64,000 bases of DNA from Pelagomonas calceolata (taxonomy: Eukaryota), in contig CAKKNE010000003.1 in NCBI GenBank assembly GCA_918797485.1, positions 2,418,001 through 2,482,000 on the forward strand. The letters run 5' to 3'. Position numbers and translations under genes: made by a program. Positions 21,267 to 33,305 of the stretch are shown here, piece after piece. A model generated the notes under the pieces. It saw only the letters and a list, made by a program, of their open reading frames with translations, did not search any database and had not been told where the DNA came from. The stretch's first letter is position 1; the number at the start of each line of letters is the position of its first letter.

Positions 21267-23693
21267 TTACTGAGGCGGGCCGGGCGGCCGCCCCTTCCCC
21301 CAGCAGTCCCAGCCCTGGAACGACTTGGCCGCGAAGCGGTCGAGGTCGATGGTCTGCCCACACCACCGCAGCTTTCTGTAGAGCTGGACGAGCTCCCATG
21401 GCACGCCGCGGCGCTCACATTCCTTCTCGTTTCTGCAGTTTGTGAGCTCCGACACAAATCGTCCATCCGCAAAGGCCAGATCGACCAATAAAAGCTCCGC
21501 GTCGCCGTGCGGTTTCAAAGCAGAGGCCAGGACGTCGGCCATCTCGCCAGGACGCCGCGGCGAGGTCGATTCAAAAGCCGCCCACCGCGGTCCAGAAGAG
21601 GTCATCGTCCCCACGGAGTGCTTCTGCAGCGACACGCGCGCCGTCGACCCGAACGCGTGCGTGCCGTTCTTCCAGCTCCGCGGGTTCGAGGGGAAGTTCG
21701 TCTCGCGCCACTCGACGCCGTAGCCCACACTCTCCAAATCGAGGAACGTCCATAGTAAATATTGATGGTAGTCCACGACGATGCGCGGTAGTAACAAAAC
21801 GCGGCCCGTGTACGCCGCCAACGCTAATAATACAGCCACTCTAGCTTTCGCTATCCTACCGTTGTGGTAGCCGTCCCGCTCGCAGAGCGAGATGCCGTTC
21901 AGGGGAGAACCATCTAAAGCCAGGTACTTCGTGCGGCCGTCGTGCGCCGAGGGGCCGTAATAACTAGGCGTCCCCGGGGGAGTACCGAGCCCGTGCCAGC
22001 CGCCCAGCTCCTTGGCGTGGATCTTCTTGCCCTCCTGCGAATCCAGGGGCATATTCCCCAACGTGTGGACGAAGGCCGTGTCCTGTGTTATTATAGGGTG
22101 CGTCGACGCGACGCCCATGTGATTATCAATAAACGCCCAGGCCGCCGGGTTCTGTGGCTTCGGTATTTTGGGAGCGTCGCGCCACTCCTTGGCGACGGGC
22201 TGCGTCGGCTTCATGCGGTGCCACGTCAACAAATTGTGGAACAACAGCTGGTCGTGCTTGTGGGGCTTGAGGCGCATTTCTTCCAGTAACCCAGAAAAGA
22301 ACTCCCTAGAAGCGTCCGTCGCGCGCGCGGCGTAAACCCCAATATTCGTGGAGGTGGGGTTGTTCTGGTGCGCCGCCACGTACAGATCTAAGTCCTCGAG
22401 CGGCGCCCGGCGCGACTCCTGATAAGTGACGACGTCGCGGTGCGCGGCGCTCCACAATACATCAATGGATTTCGTGAACCACACGTCGGCCTCGAAGAAC
22501 ACAAAGTCGTAGTTGTGCTGCACGAACCAGAGCGAGGCCTTGAACTTGGCCCCCTGCACAACCTCGACGAGCGCGTTCGACACGCCCTTCATCTTGCCGG
22601 CCGCCTGGACGCCGCTCGTTTGTGCCGCGCCGGCGAACGCCGCGCTGATGCTGCCCGCGGCGCAGGCGCGCGTCGTCTTTTGATCAAGCGCGACGACGAC
22701 GAGCTTCTCGAAGCCGGCGACGTGCCGCGCCATGTGCGCGACGTCGAAGAGCATGTCGTGCGCGTACTTTTTGTCCATCATCGTCCAGGCCAGGCGCCTG
22801 CTGAGCGGCGCCGCGAGGACCGTGGCGCCCGGCACGGCGCCCTCCGAGGAAACGGCGGCCTGCAGGCGGTCGTCGAGCGACGTCAAGCGCGACGCCTCCA
22901 GCGCCCGCCGCGTCTTTTCGGGGTCCTTGGAGATTTGCACGGCGCCGTCGTCGGAGGCCGTCGCCGCGAGCCACCACCGTCGCGACGGCGCCGCGGCCGG
23001 CGCGGCCGGCGCGACGAGCCGCTCGAGAACGCGCTTGCGGAACGCGGCGCCGCCGTCCGAATCTAGTGAAAGCGTGTCCGAGATCTCGCCCGGCGGCCGA
23101 TGCAGCGGGTAGGCCTCGTAGGCGCCGCGCATGCGCGACGACGCGCAGGAGTAGTCGTAGGCCGAGCAGTCGACCTGCGTCATCCACGACGGGCGCTGGC
23201 CCGGGGGATAGGTGACTGGCGCGCCCGGTGCTTTTTGAACGTTCACGTGCCTGAACGGGCCCGTCCTTTTAACCAATGGCCTCGTGGCGCTCGCCCGGAG
23301 CGCCGCCTCGGCTTGCGCCGCCCGGCGCTCGGCCGCCTTCGCGCGCGCATCGCTCGCCTGCTCCCGCGCTTCGGCCGCCGCCGCCGCGGCGTCGGCGGCC
23401 TGGGCCCGCGCCCGCAGCGCCTGGTTCAGCTCGTTGCGCGTCGAGGCCGTGTGCCGCACCTCGTGCAGCGCGTGGTCGGCGTCCGCGGCCTTCGCCTCGG
23501 CGTCGCGAGCCCTTGCGTCGGCGGCGCGCAGCGCGCGCAGCGCCTCCGCGGATGTGCTCTCGGCGGATTCCCACTCGTTGTGCGTCTGCTGGCGCACCGC
23601 TACCACCAGAGCGCCCACCAGGAGGACGGCGGCCAGGGCCTTGAGCGGCGCTTTGTTGTGCCATGGCTGCGGCTTGCCGCGGTGTCGTCGCAT
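21267..23693 (-). CDS. Type II membrane nucleotide-diphospho-sugar transferase (GT77-like) with coiled-coil stem
   Basis: N-terminal TM, coiled coil, VVVALD, FVFFEADVWF, NIGVYAAR, HDQLLF. Confidence 0.65.
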   Translation of the reverse strand: MRRHRGKPQPWHNKAPLKALAAVLLVGALVVAVRQQTHNEWESAESTSAEALRALRAADARARDAEAKAADADHALHEVRHTASTRNELNQALRARAQAADAAAAAAEAREQASDARAKAAERRAAQAEAALRASATRPLVKRTGPFRHVNVQKAPGAPVTYPPGQRPSWMTQVDCSAYDYSCASSRMRGAYEAYPLHRPPGEISDTLSLDSDGGAAFRKRVLERLVAPAAPAAAPSRRWWLAATASDDGAVQISKDPEKTRRALEASRLTSLDDRLQAAVSSEGAVPGATVLAAPLSRRLAWTMMDKKYAHDMLFDVAHMARHVAGFEKLVVVALDQKTTRACAAGSISAAFAGAAQTSGVQAAGKMKGVSNALVEVVQGAKFKASLWFVQHNYDFVFFEADVWFTKSIDVLWSAAHRDVVTYQESRRAPLEDLDLYVAAHQNNPTSTNIGVYAARATDASREFFSGLLEEMRLKPHKHDQLLFHNLLTWHRMKPTQPVAKEWRDAPKIPKPQNPAAWAFIDNHMGVASTHPIITQDTAFVHTLGNMPLDSQEGKKIHAKELGGWHGLGTPPGTPSYYGPSAHDGRTKYLALDGSPLNGISLCERDGYHNGRIAKARVAVLLALAAYTGRVLLLPRIVVDYHQYLLWTFLDLESVGYGVEWRETNFPSNPRSWKNGTHAFGSTARVSLQKHSVGTMTSSGPRWAAFESTSPRRPGEMADVLASALKPHGDAELLLVDLAFADGRFVSELTNCRNEKECERRGVPWELVQLYRKLRWCGQTIDLDRFAAKSFQGWDCWGKGRPPGPPQ

Positions 23694-24039
23694 TTTTTTT
23701 TAATTGCTGCTTGGACTAGCTTTGCATCAAATGCTGCCCCTTGCTATTTTGTTTGTTTCTCCTTGCAACTACGCCGTCGCAAGGGTTAGTCTAGCGTCCG
23801 TGATCGCTTAAATAAACAAAAATAGCTGCCCTTGCGGCTGCCCTTGATTTTTCGGCCGGTTTGTAGCTAGCTAGTGTGTTACAGCAGCTAGGTCTCGCGG
23901 ATTAAAGGGACGTCGTGTCCTGGAGTTAGCACGGCGCAGCCGCCACAGGGTTTACTTTACTGGAGATTCATCGTATCAATCACGAGGAAGAGCTGCGCCG
24001 CCGACGAGCATCGCTGCGGTAGCAACCACTGACTGCAGC

Positions 24040-25278
24040 ATGCTCGCCGCCACCACGCGCGTCGCCGCGCGCTCGACAGCGATCGCGGTCCGCCGCGCGT
24101 CCACGTCCTCGAGCGTCTGCCTGACCTGGGGCGAGGGCACGCACGGCGAACTAGGCCACTACCCCTTCGTCACGTCCGGGCTCATGAAGCAGTATTTGGA
24201 GCTGACTCCAAGACAACTCGAGGGTGTCGACTTTCGCGACATCGCCTGCGGCACGAACCACACGTTAGCGGTGGACGGTTCTGGAAAGGTCTGGTCCTGG
24301 GGCAAGGGTGAGAACGGCAAGCTGGGCCACGGCGACGACGCCGACCGACACAAGCCTGAGATGCTACAGGGCTTCGCGGGCGTCGAGATCGTGAAGGTCG
24401 CCTGCGGCGAAAGTCATTCATTAGCATTGGACAAGGACGGCCGGTGCTACGCGTGGGGCTGGGGCGGGTCCTGGGTCTCGGGCGGCGGCCACCTGGGGCA
24501 AGGTTCGCGGGACCACGTCTTCGAACCTACTCTGATCGAAGGCGCGTTGGAGGAAGCTCCAGTCACCTCGATCTCCGCGGGCGAGGCCCACTCGGTCTTC
24601 CTCACGTCCGATGGGGAAGTGTGGACCTGCGGCGCGGGCGAGCACGGTAGGAATGGCAACGGTGGGAGTTCTGACGTCCTGAAGCCGGAACCGGTCACGG
24701 CGCTCGACGACGTGGAGATTGTCGAAGCCCAAGCCGGTTCGGCCTTCACGGTCACGAGGTGTTCGGAAGGCTTAGTCCGAGTCTGGGGCCGCAACGACCA
24801 GGGCCAGCTCGGTTTAGGTGGGGGCCTGGCGATGGACGTCTACGCGCTCGAGGACTTACCTATAATAGTGGAACGGGACGACGTGCCGTTGCAGGCGACA
24901 GCGGTGGCTGCTGGTCATTCTCATGTGGCCGTCGTGTCTACCGATGCCGAACTGCTACAGTGGGGCGCGAAGCTCGCGCTGGGCCCCGCGCCGCACTTGT
25001 TCGAGGAGGAGGGCGGCAGGGTCCCTTTGCCAAAGCGCGTCTGGTGCGGCGGCGGCTACACTTTGGTCGAGTCGACCGACGGCGTGCTGTACTCCTTCGG
25101 CCAGGGCGGCTCGAAATGTTTGGGTCATGGCGACAAGGCGCGCGAGCCGCACCCGAAGAAGGTCGAGGCTTTGTCAGGCTTTTCGGCTTCGACGGTCGCG
25201 TGCGGCTTCCGGCACGCGGCGGCGCTCGGGTCGTGGGACCCGTGGGCGTCGCCGCCTCCCGCAACAGATGCGAAGTAA
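24040..25278 (+). CDS. RCC1-repeat protein with mitochondrial-like presequence
   Basis: Repeats such as IACGTNHTLAV..GKVWSWGKGENGKLGHG, VACGESHSLAL, WGRNDQGQLG. Confidence 0.9.
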   Translation: MLAATTRVAARSTAIAVRRASTSSSVCLTWGEGTHGELGHYPFVTSGLMKQYLELTPRQLEGVDFRDIACGTNHTLAVDGSGKVWSWGKGENGKLGHGDDADRHKPEMLQGFAGVEIVKVACGESHSLALDKDGRCYAWGWGGSWVSGGGHLGQGSRDHVFEPTLIEGALEEAPVTSISAGEAHSVFLTSDGEVWTCGAGEHGRNGNGGSSDVLKPEPVTALDDVEIVEAQAGSAFTVTRCSEGLVRVWGRNDQGQLGLGGGLAMDVYALEDLPIIVERDDVPLQATAVAAGHSHVAVVSTDAELLQWGAKLALGPAPHLFEEEGGRVPLPKRVWCGGGYTLVESTDGVLYSFGQGGSKCLGHGDKAREPHPKKVEALSGFSASTVACGFRHAAALGSWDPWASPPPATDAK

Positions 25279-25514
25279 TAGTTTCTCTTAGTTCTACCAC
25301 TGCGGGAACACCAGTGAGACACGGGTTTTCCAGAGAGCTCTTGTGCGAGGCCCTCAATAACAGACCAGTTTCTTGCTTTAAGAGCTTTTTAGAGCTCCCT
25401 CTTGAGCGTCGCAAAGCGAGCCTGTCGTGAAACTGCATCCGGGACCCCCAAATAGACACAATCCCCAAAGTTGAGCAATTTTACCCGGCGTTCGAGACCG
25501 ACCTGTTCTTCGTC

Positions 25515-26216
25515 GTGACGGAGGACGGCGAAGAGACGCGCATTCCGGCGTGCGCGGCCGTCCTGAAAATCAACTGCACGATGATCCAGGACCTGCCCGA
25601 GGCGGGCGACGTCCCGGTGCTCGGCGACCACTCGGCGCGGACGGTCGTGCAATTTTTGGCGCTCTGTTATCCCTTCCTTGGTCCACGGACAAAAACGCCG
25701 GCCGATTTCGCGTTCGACGACATCTCCGGGATCGCCCGATTTGCCCACTGGTGCGGCGCTCAGAACATCATTGATCAACTCGGTCACGAGCTCGGGGCGA
25801 GGGCTGTTGGGTTGGAACTAGCGGCCCGGCAAGGATATAAAGCCCCAAAGTCCGTCAAGAAGGAGCTGTTTATGACCGCATTTATTCTGGGGGACTTGGG
25901 CCGGCCCGTGCTATTTCTAGATTATGCACTCGAGTGGCCGGAATTCTTCTTTAGCTTGAACACGGCCGAGCGCGCGCCGTTCATTAAGTACGCGGGCCCC
26001 GTTTTCGAGCAATTCATCAGGCGGGCCGCGGACAAATTGCGCGAAGGGAGTTGTTCTCCGGCGCTTCTGGGCCTCTTTGAAAGGGTCGCCCTCTACCTGC
26101 TCCACCAGAGAGAGCTCCACCCTGACGCGGGCCTGGTCGTTCCGCGATCGGACGACGGGCTCGACGCCGAATTTGAAAACGTGCTCGCGTCGCAATCGGA
26201 CGACGACGGCGCATAA
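25515..26216 (+). CDS. Hypothetical protein, weakly BTB/Skp1-like N-terminus; start uncertain
   Basis: Open frame with plausible amino-acid composition; first in-frame ATG at 25581. Confidence 0.45.
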   Translation: MTEDGEETRIPACAAVLKINCTMIQDLPEAGDVPVLGDHSARTVVQFLALCYPFLGPRTKTPADFAFDDISGIARFAHWCGAQNIIDQLGHELGARAVGLELAARQGYKAPKSVKKELFMTAFILGDLGRPVLFLDYALEWPEFFFSLNTAERAPFIKYAGPVFEQFIRRAADKLREGSCSPALLGLFERVALYLLHQRELHPDAGLVVPRSDDGLDAEFENVLASQSDDDGA

Positions 26217-26332
26217 GTCTACTGTGTAAGATCTTGGATTTCACTAATGTGCCGCATGCGGTACCTTAGTCGAGTCCGCGAGAGAAATGGCACACGAAGC
26301 TTACAGGGTCGGGGACATGGGGAGGACGCCTA

Positions 26333-28180
26333 TTAGTCCGCGCGGAGCACGCCCGGGCACGACGCTGCCACGTAGCCCGCCGCGACGAGCGTCAAAAGCT
26401 CGGCTTGCCCCACGGATTTGCTAGAGACGATGGACCGGAAGGCGGACTCCATGGCCTTGGCGAACTCGGGCGGTTCGTCTTCGAAGGGCGCCTTCTTCAG
26501 CAACGACAGCAACAGCTTCTTCGCGGCGTCCGCGCGGATGTGGCCGACCAAGGCTTTGTTGCCGGGCCTCTCCATGCACGCCGTGAGGGAGTAGGTCGCG
26601 TCGTCTTCCGAGATGAGTTCGGCGGACGCCGCTAAGGTATCTAAGACGTACTGCTCCGCGGCTGGTGGTAAGGCGGGCAAGCGCGAGCTTCGGGAATGAA
26701 ATCCAGCCAATTGCGCAAACAACAACAACCAGGCGAAGATGGCCGGGTCCTCGGGCGGCGCCTCGACGACTTGTAGAATACGCTGCACGAAGCCGCTGAG
26801 TTGCTTGCGGTAGTTGCCCGGGCCGAACCGCTCCTTGATGTGCGAGAGCACGAAGCGCCCGAGCGTCTGGCCCCAGACCTTGGGCTTGCCCCTACCTTCC
26901 AGCTTCAGGCGGTACATCTCGGCCGCGAACTCGCAGGTCCGGTTCAGGTCCCACGGTTTGTTGGCCTTGCCTTTTAAGTGTGTAAGCCAACTGTCGGGCG
27001 GCTTGATCGCGTCCGCGTCGACGAGCTCTCTATAAACAACATCGTAGGCCCGCTCCAGAAACTCGGCGTACTGCGCCGCGTCGATGTTTTCGACCCACTG
27101 GTCCGCCACCTGGAAGACGGCGTGCAGGAACTTCTCTTCATCCACGACTTTCGCGCCGCCACTATCTAAAGCAAAATCCTCCTCGAGAATACGGTTCTTC
27201 TCGGCGTCCGTGAGCGGATCATCGTCTAATCCTAAAGCAGCATACAACGCTAACAAACGAGAGTGCCAGGCCGCGTACTCGCTCCGATTCAAACCCTCGT
27301 CGCGGTCTTTGTCGTCATAGCGTAACGACGCGGCCCACCACTTCCCCAGGATATTCTCGACGCGCGGGTCCTCGCGGATCTTCTCCCTTTTGACCAAATT
27401 CTCGGGCGTATACAAGGCGAGGATGCCCTGGTTGCGCACGCGGCGCTTTTCAACTTCGGGCAGCTCCTCGAGCGACGCGAGGGCCTGCTCGGCCTGAACC
27501 CTTAAAGCTTCTAATCGTTTCTGCCGCCGTTCCTTGGCCGTGGCCCGGTCGAGCTCCATGCGGATGCGCGTCTCGGCGCCGAGCGCCCTTATGGATTCCC
27601 TCAATCTCTTCTCCGACTCCGACTCCCGCGGGGCGCCGCCGAGGTACATGGACGGCGTCCGGCGCCGTTGCGGCGGCGCCACCGTCGCACCGTCGGGCAA
27701 ATCCGCTGGCGCGTCCTTCTCCTTGGGCAGCGTGCCGCGGCGCGCGCGGCCCTCGCCCACGGCGTCGAGCGACGCCTTGTCCATCGTGCCGTTTGATAAT
27801 CTACTGGAGCCCTTGGCGAGGAGCGTGTCAATCGAGCCGTCTGATAGTCGGCTCGAGCCCTTGTCGCTGCCCTTCGACAAGCGGCTCGCGCCCTTGGCGA
27901 GGAGCGTGCGGCGCACGACCTCGCGGGCCGTCTTGCGCGCGGCCTTGGGCGTCTTCGGCGGCGCCGCGGCGGCGCCGCAGGTGCCGTGCGCGAGCGCGTC
28001 GAGCTGGCAGAAGCGCACGACCGCGGCCTTGGCCACCGTCCCATTCCCCGCCCCCAGGACGTCGAAGAGCGAGTCCTTGACGGCGACGCCGTGGCGCGCG
28101 GCCAGCTCGTCGCAGGCCGCGCGCGAGAGCTGGTCCGGCGCGGCCGCGAGGGCGCGCTCGACCGATGCCGCTGCTCCCAT
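26333..28180 (-). CDS. Hypothetical protein with N-myristoylation-like start and EF-hand-like loops
   Basis: MGAAAS start, DKDRDEGLNRSEY loop, internal repeated LLAKG(A/S)SRLS. Confidence 0.7.
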   Translation of the reverse strand: MGAAASVERALAAAPDQLSRAACDELAARHGVAVKDSLFDVLGAGNGTVAKAAVVRFCQLDALAHGTCGAAAAPPKTPKAARKTAREVVRRTLLAKGASRLSKGSDKGSSRLSDGSIDTLLAKGSSRLSNGTMDKASLDAVGEGRARRGTLPKEKDAPADLPDGATVAPPQRRRTPSMYLGGAPRESESEKRLRESIRALGAETRIRMELDRATAKERRQKRLEALRVQAEQALASLEELPEVEKRRVRNQGILALYTPENLVKREKIREDPRVENILGKWWAASLRYDDKDRDEGLNRSEYAAWHSRLLALYAALGLDDDPLTDAEKNRILEEDFALDSGGAKVVDEEKFLHAVFQVADQWVENIDAAQYAEFLERAYDVVYRELVDADAIKPPDSWLTHLKGKANKPWDLNRTCEFAAEMYRLKLEGRGKPKVWGQTLGRFVLSHIKERFGPGNYRKQLSGFVQRILQVVEAPPEDPAIFAWLLLFAQLAGFHSRSSRLPALPPAAEQYVLDTLAASAELISEDDATYSLTACMERPGNKALVGHIRADAAKKLLLSLLKKAPFEDEPPEFAKAMESAFRSIVSSKSVGQAELLTLVAAGYVAASCPGVLRAD

Positions 28181-28581
28181 TGTGTCTTATGTACGTCCGT
28201 CGCCGCGGCGATGGCGCGTGCCGGCCGGGGCGGTTGCGGGCGCCCTACTGCGCTGTGTCTCGCGTCGTGGCGGCACGGATGCGCCGCGCGGCAGCTAGGG
28301 GCAGCCTCGCATGCGCAGAGGAGGCTCATCGGTGCTAGTGCGTTTTCCGCGAGGCCGACGTGTCTCCGAGCCGTCCGGAGCCGTGGGTGCCACTCCTGAA
28401 CGTGCTGGGAATCGGCCTGGCACTTGCGACGCTAGCTAGGAGTTACCGATACTGGCTGCCCCAAGTCCAGCGCCCGAGGCAAAAGGGCTGCCCATACCCA
28501 GCCCTCGTGCGAGACAGCTCAAAACTTTCACGTGCTCCATCACTCCTGGCCGCACGGCCCACTGCTGCAAACACAAGCGCA

Positions 28582-31500
28582 ATGGAAGTCCGAAGGGCCA
28601 CCCCGGACGACAGCCCCGGCGTCGCGTCGCTCGTGACGCTGACGGGCGGCGCGGCGAAATATCGCAAGCGCTACGGGAACTATAATGTGGCTCAATTACT
28701 AGAGACGGGCTACCTCTGTATTTCAGCTGTTGAGGATGGCAAAATGAAGGCGTTTTTAGTGATTGGGGACGCGCCGCCGCGCTGCAAAGCGGCCGATGCC
28801 GAAAGTTGGGCTTCTACGTTTTGTGCGAATTATACGGAGGGTGGCGCGATTGGCACGTGTGCGTGGATTGATTTCTCTGCGGCACTTGATGCAGACACCG
28901 CTGCTACGCGAGCGTGTCTGACCTTCGCCGTCTCTACTCTAAAAGGTGTGGACCACTTGATTCTGGCGCGGCAGCCGGACAAGCGGTCGCCGGAAGCGCC
29001 TCCCGAGCTAGCCGAGCTGTTTGATGTGCTCGAGCCGTCGCCCGAGCCGCTCCTAGCAAACTCGGACTTAGCGTACTGTCCTCGGACGAAACTCGCCCCG
29101 ACGCTGTCAGTGAGGGGCGCCTGCGTCGAGGACTCCGATGATTTGCTGCCGATCTTCCAGTCGCAATCTGAAGTCCTCGCGGAGCACTTCGGGGACTTCT
29201 TCCTCGCGGAAATTATTGAAAATGCGGATGAAAACAACAAGCAGCTCGTCGCCGTCGCCGACGACCACGCGGTCGGATTACTAAGTGCCTCCACAGACAT
29301 TGACGTCGCGACGCTCGGCGCGTGCTTCGAGCTCCAGCCCTTCGGGAACCTCGTCAAGGGCTCCTCGACGGAGGGTCAAGTACCGTCCGAGCAACCGGCC
29401 GATGCGCCGGCGGCCGCGCCCGCGCCGGCCGCCTTCGCCGCCGAGGAGGAGGTGGCCGTCGAGTCAAACTGCATGGCCGTGACGCTCTTCTGCCTGGACG
29501 CGCAGCACGAGTCGCGAGCGGCGGACTTCTTCGCGGCCATGTTCCAGTTGTGGCCGGACAAAAAGTACTGCGTCGTCACGGCGCCGCCGACGGTACAAAG
29601 AGCTGCATTTCTGGACGCCTTCGTGTCCATCCCGCCGAGGGCGGGCTCGACCTTTGCCCATACACTCTATTTATTGCATCGCGACGCGTTGCTCGCACCT
29701 TCTTCTTTAAGTGTGAGGCGCTACGACCCGTCACTACATGCCGAGGGCGCCGCCGCGTTAATTGGAGACGTCTCGTCGTTCGCGATTGATGCAGACACGA
29801 AGATGGAGGACAACCCGCCGACGGCGGCCTTTGTTGCGCTCATGAACGAGCAAGTCGTCGCCGTTGTTGATCTCTCGCGTAAAGGCGCCTCGACGGATGC
29901 TATCGACTGGTACAAGGCGAACTATGATATTGAGGCCTACGTGCCCTTTGAGCGCCACCGCGCGCGGGCCCAGGCCGTGCTAACAGATATGGTCGTGAAC
30001 CCGATATTTGCCACGTTCGGGCGCTACGTGCTGAAGGAGGCGATGCGTTTGTACGAGAAGACTTTATTATATCACGAGGCTCCTTCATCAGACGTGGTGC
30101 CTCTGCACGTCCTCGAGACGCTGGTGCCCGTGCCGGCGCGGTGGCGCGCGACGCCCAATCCCGGGGATGAGCTGCTCGGACGGAAGCGCGGCGACGAGGT
30201 ACCGGGCGGCACTTTATTGCACTACTTCGCGCGGCGCCTCGCGTCGGACCCGCGGCTTGTTCTTTCCCGGCGTCCCTTTTGACGCGCCATCGACCCCCAC
30301 GCCATCGAACCACGCCACCCCAACGCCATCGACGCGACGCGGTACCAACGGTCGATATACACAGGAGGTAAACGCGCGGATTGTTGTGATAGGGCTGAGC
30401 ACCTGCGCCGTCGGCATGCTCAAGGCCCTATTGCTCTCGTCGACGGCGAACGTCAAGCGCGTCACGCTGATCAGCGAGCCTGGTATCTCTCGCGCTTCGG
30501 GTGTGGTTGTCGACGAGGACTACCCCGAGCCTTTTGAGTTCGAGGCGCTCGGTCTGGGGCAGCGGCTGCGCGTCATCAAAGCTAGAGCAGTGGCCGTCGA
30601 CGCCGAGGCCAAGGTTGTACAATTGCCCGACGGCGCGTTAGTGCCGTACGACATTCTGGTGCTGGCCCACGGCCTCCAGGAAAGCGCGCAGCGGGACCTC
30701 GTTACGAAAGCGGGCAAGGAGCTCCTGCCCGACGCGAGCGACCTTGCCGATTGGAACTCGCCCGAGGTCGATATTGTGGCGGAGCTCACCAAGGTCCCGT
30801 CAGATATGGAGGAGGAGGCCACGGATTTATCTGGCTTCGTGTCGCTGTCCTCGGACAACGCCTCGGACGAGCTGGCCGACGCGGTGTCGAAACTCGGGGA
30901 GGGCTCCGTGGTTATTGTGGGCGGCGGCTTAGATGCCCTAGCCGCGGCCCGGCGCCTCCTGGATTTGGGGGTGGCCGCGTCCAACATCAAAATAGCCTGC
31001 GAGAATGATCAATTGGAGCCGCTCGGCGATCAAGTCATCGACCGCGTCGTTCAGCAGTCTATGGAAGTGGCCGTCGAGTACGGGCTGAAATTCGCCGAGC
31101 TGGTACGAGACAATGGCGCTCTCAGCGCGGCGCGGTTCGCGCGGCCGGTGCAACAGGACGACGCGCCGGCGCCGGCGCCTCCACAAGAGGACGACGTCGA
31201 GGCGTGGGTCGAGCGGCCCGCGACGCCCCCGCCGGAAATCGTGGATTTGAAGTGTGGCCTTGTCGTCGGCGCGTCGACGCCCGCTGTCGCGGCGAACGCG
31301 GCGGCGCTGACGGACTACCCGCTGACGGTCGATTCAACGTTCAAGACCTGCGACGACAGCATCTACGCCGCGGGCCGCCACGTCGCGGGCCAGGAGCGGT
31401 TCAACTCCCTCGAGCTCGGCGCGTGCCTGGCCCAGAGCCTGCTGGCGCGGCTCACGGATTCCAGCGTCGAGGCGCCGGACTTTCGCAAGGCACGGGCCGT

Positions 31501-32275
31501 GTCGGCGACGCTGCCGGGCGGGCTGTTCTACTGCCGCGCGGCGCTTCCCACCGTGCCGGTCGACGCGACCGCGCTGCCGACGGGGATGCTGGGCAACGAC
31601 GAGGTGCGCGGTCCGCGTCCTTTTTTTTGCCTTCCCGGTAGTCGCTACGCCGAGTATGCTGCTCTTCCGCCTGCGAGAGAGAGAGAGCCGACCGCTTACT
31701 GACCGTCACGCTTGACGCCATCGACGCAGGCCCAGGCTCTGCTCGAGAAGAGCTCCGGCGTGCACGCGCTGCGCGACCTCGCCGCGGCGCGGGACAAGTA
31801 CTCCATCCTCAAAGTCGACGGTTCGGGACTGCTCTGCGAGATCATTTATCTCGGGAAAGCGCCCGTCGAGCCGCGGAACCTCGCGGCGGTCGTCGGCCGG
31901 CAAGAGGCCCATTTAAACGGCGCGTGGGCGGCCTACGAGCGCGGCGTCGTCGACGACTGGGTCGCCTTCCTGCGGGAGGACTGGTGCTCGGCCGTGCGGC
32001 ACGACCGCTTCCAGGGCCTGCACGACGCTCTGAGCAAGATGATCCGCGAGGACGAGTTCGGCCGGGATTTGATACAGCAATTGGTCGGCGAGGCGGACGC
32101 GGGCCGCGACGCGGAGGCGATCCGGCAGCTGCGGGAAAAGGCCGTCGGCGTCGGCGGCGGCAACCTGCCGGAGAAGACGCGGAAATTGCTGGAGGGGGCC
32201 GTGCTGGGGTATCTGCGGAAGAACCGGGGGTTGTTGCCGCGGTTCTCGCTGGTGGAGCGGGAGGCGGCGGCCTAG
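28582..32275 (+). CDS. CFAP61: Cilia- and flagella-associated protein 61; exons 28582-30258, 30365-31603, 31730-32275
   Basis: VRGACVEDSDDLLPIF...FGDFFLAEII, FELQPFGNL, spliced DPRL/EVNARIVVIG, VPYDILVLAHG, DWVAFLREDWCSAVRHDRF. Both introns are GT-AG and restore the frame. Confidence 0.88.
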
Positions 32276-32507
32276 TTTTTCTTGTTGGGGGAGTAAGTTG
32301 AGCGCTCGGGCGATTCCTCTACGTCCTGCCCGGTTGAGCTGTGCCGTGGCGCCAGGACGCGCTCTAGAAGAAATGCAAACCATAGTCGTTTTTATTACTT
32401 TTGTGCATCTTGCGATGGCCTCGCAGACGCGTCGGCGAGCGTCTTGGCGAGCTCCGCCCGCTCTTGGGCGAGTTTCGCGCGCGCCGTCCGAAACGCGTCC
32501 TGGACGC

Positions 32508-32735
32508 TTACGGCCCCGCGCCCCGATTAATATCCGTCGAGTTCCTCCACCGTGCAGCCCAAGGCCTTGGCGAGTTCCTCGCATGAAATCTCGTCGTCGT
32601 CGTCGGAAGCCATCGTCTCGCGGGCGCGGAGCGCGTCTCGCGCGTCTTGCAATATCTGGTCTTGCACCTACTACACCTTTTCTTGTGGTCGTGGGCCAGT
32701 GGAGCGGCGCAGGCGGCGCAATTTGTGAGGATCAT
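32508..32735 (-). pseudogene. Internally deleted MYND-RING family copy (N-terminus joined to the extreme C-terminus)
   Basis: MILTNCAACAAPLAH...RCSRCKTRYC is followed directly by DNA matching the family 3' end (ALRARET, in another frame). Confidence 0.75.
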
Positions 32736-32891
32736 TTTGCGTTGGCGGGGTCTGTGAGGGGTCGCGGCGGCGGCGTGTGTGGGCGCGAGAAACCCGTTTT
32801 GCTGCTTTTACTTTTCACGCGCGACGCGACCTAGAGCTGTTTGAACGTCGTTCGGTTCGCTATTCGTCCAAAGAGATTGATGGGACACTTA

Positions 32892-33305
32892 CTGGGGGCC
32901 GAAAAAATTAATTTCTTGATGTCGCGATTTTGACGACGCCGCCATGACGGCCGCGTCGGTGGAATCCAGTCGATTCGTGGTCCTGAGGTCTCCCTGGGGT
33001 CGCTTTTGGTCGGTACTATTCACGTGCAATCGCCTACGCCGCATGCGTGAGCGCTTCCATCGGTGGATTCCTATGAGGACAGGTGCTCAGCTCCCTACAT
33101 GTCTCCACCATGATCCTCCAAAGTTTTGGATCAAGAGCTCTCTCAAGAGCCCCAAGAACCAGCGCATGCGGCCTAGGCGACTACCCGACCCCAGACCTCT
33201 CTCGGAGGGAGTCCGAGAGCCGATCTGCATCCGAAAAAAGTAAATAATTTGGGCCCGATGGCGCCCCGTTCCCGTCAAAAACGTCAATTACCCGAGGGCC
33301 CCCAG
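32892..33305. mobile_element. Candidate MITE (TA-flanked, short TIRs)
   Basis: TA-ctgggggcc ... ggcccccag-TA, with imperfect subterminal inverted matches (ttttgacg/cgtcaaaa, cgccat/atggcg); no coding capacity. Confidence 0.5.
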
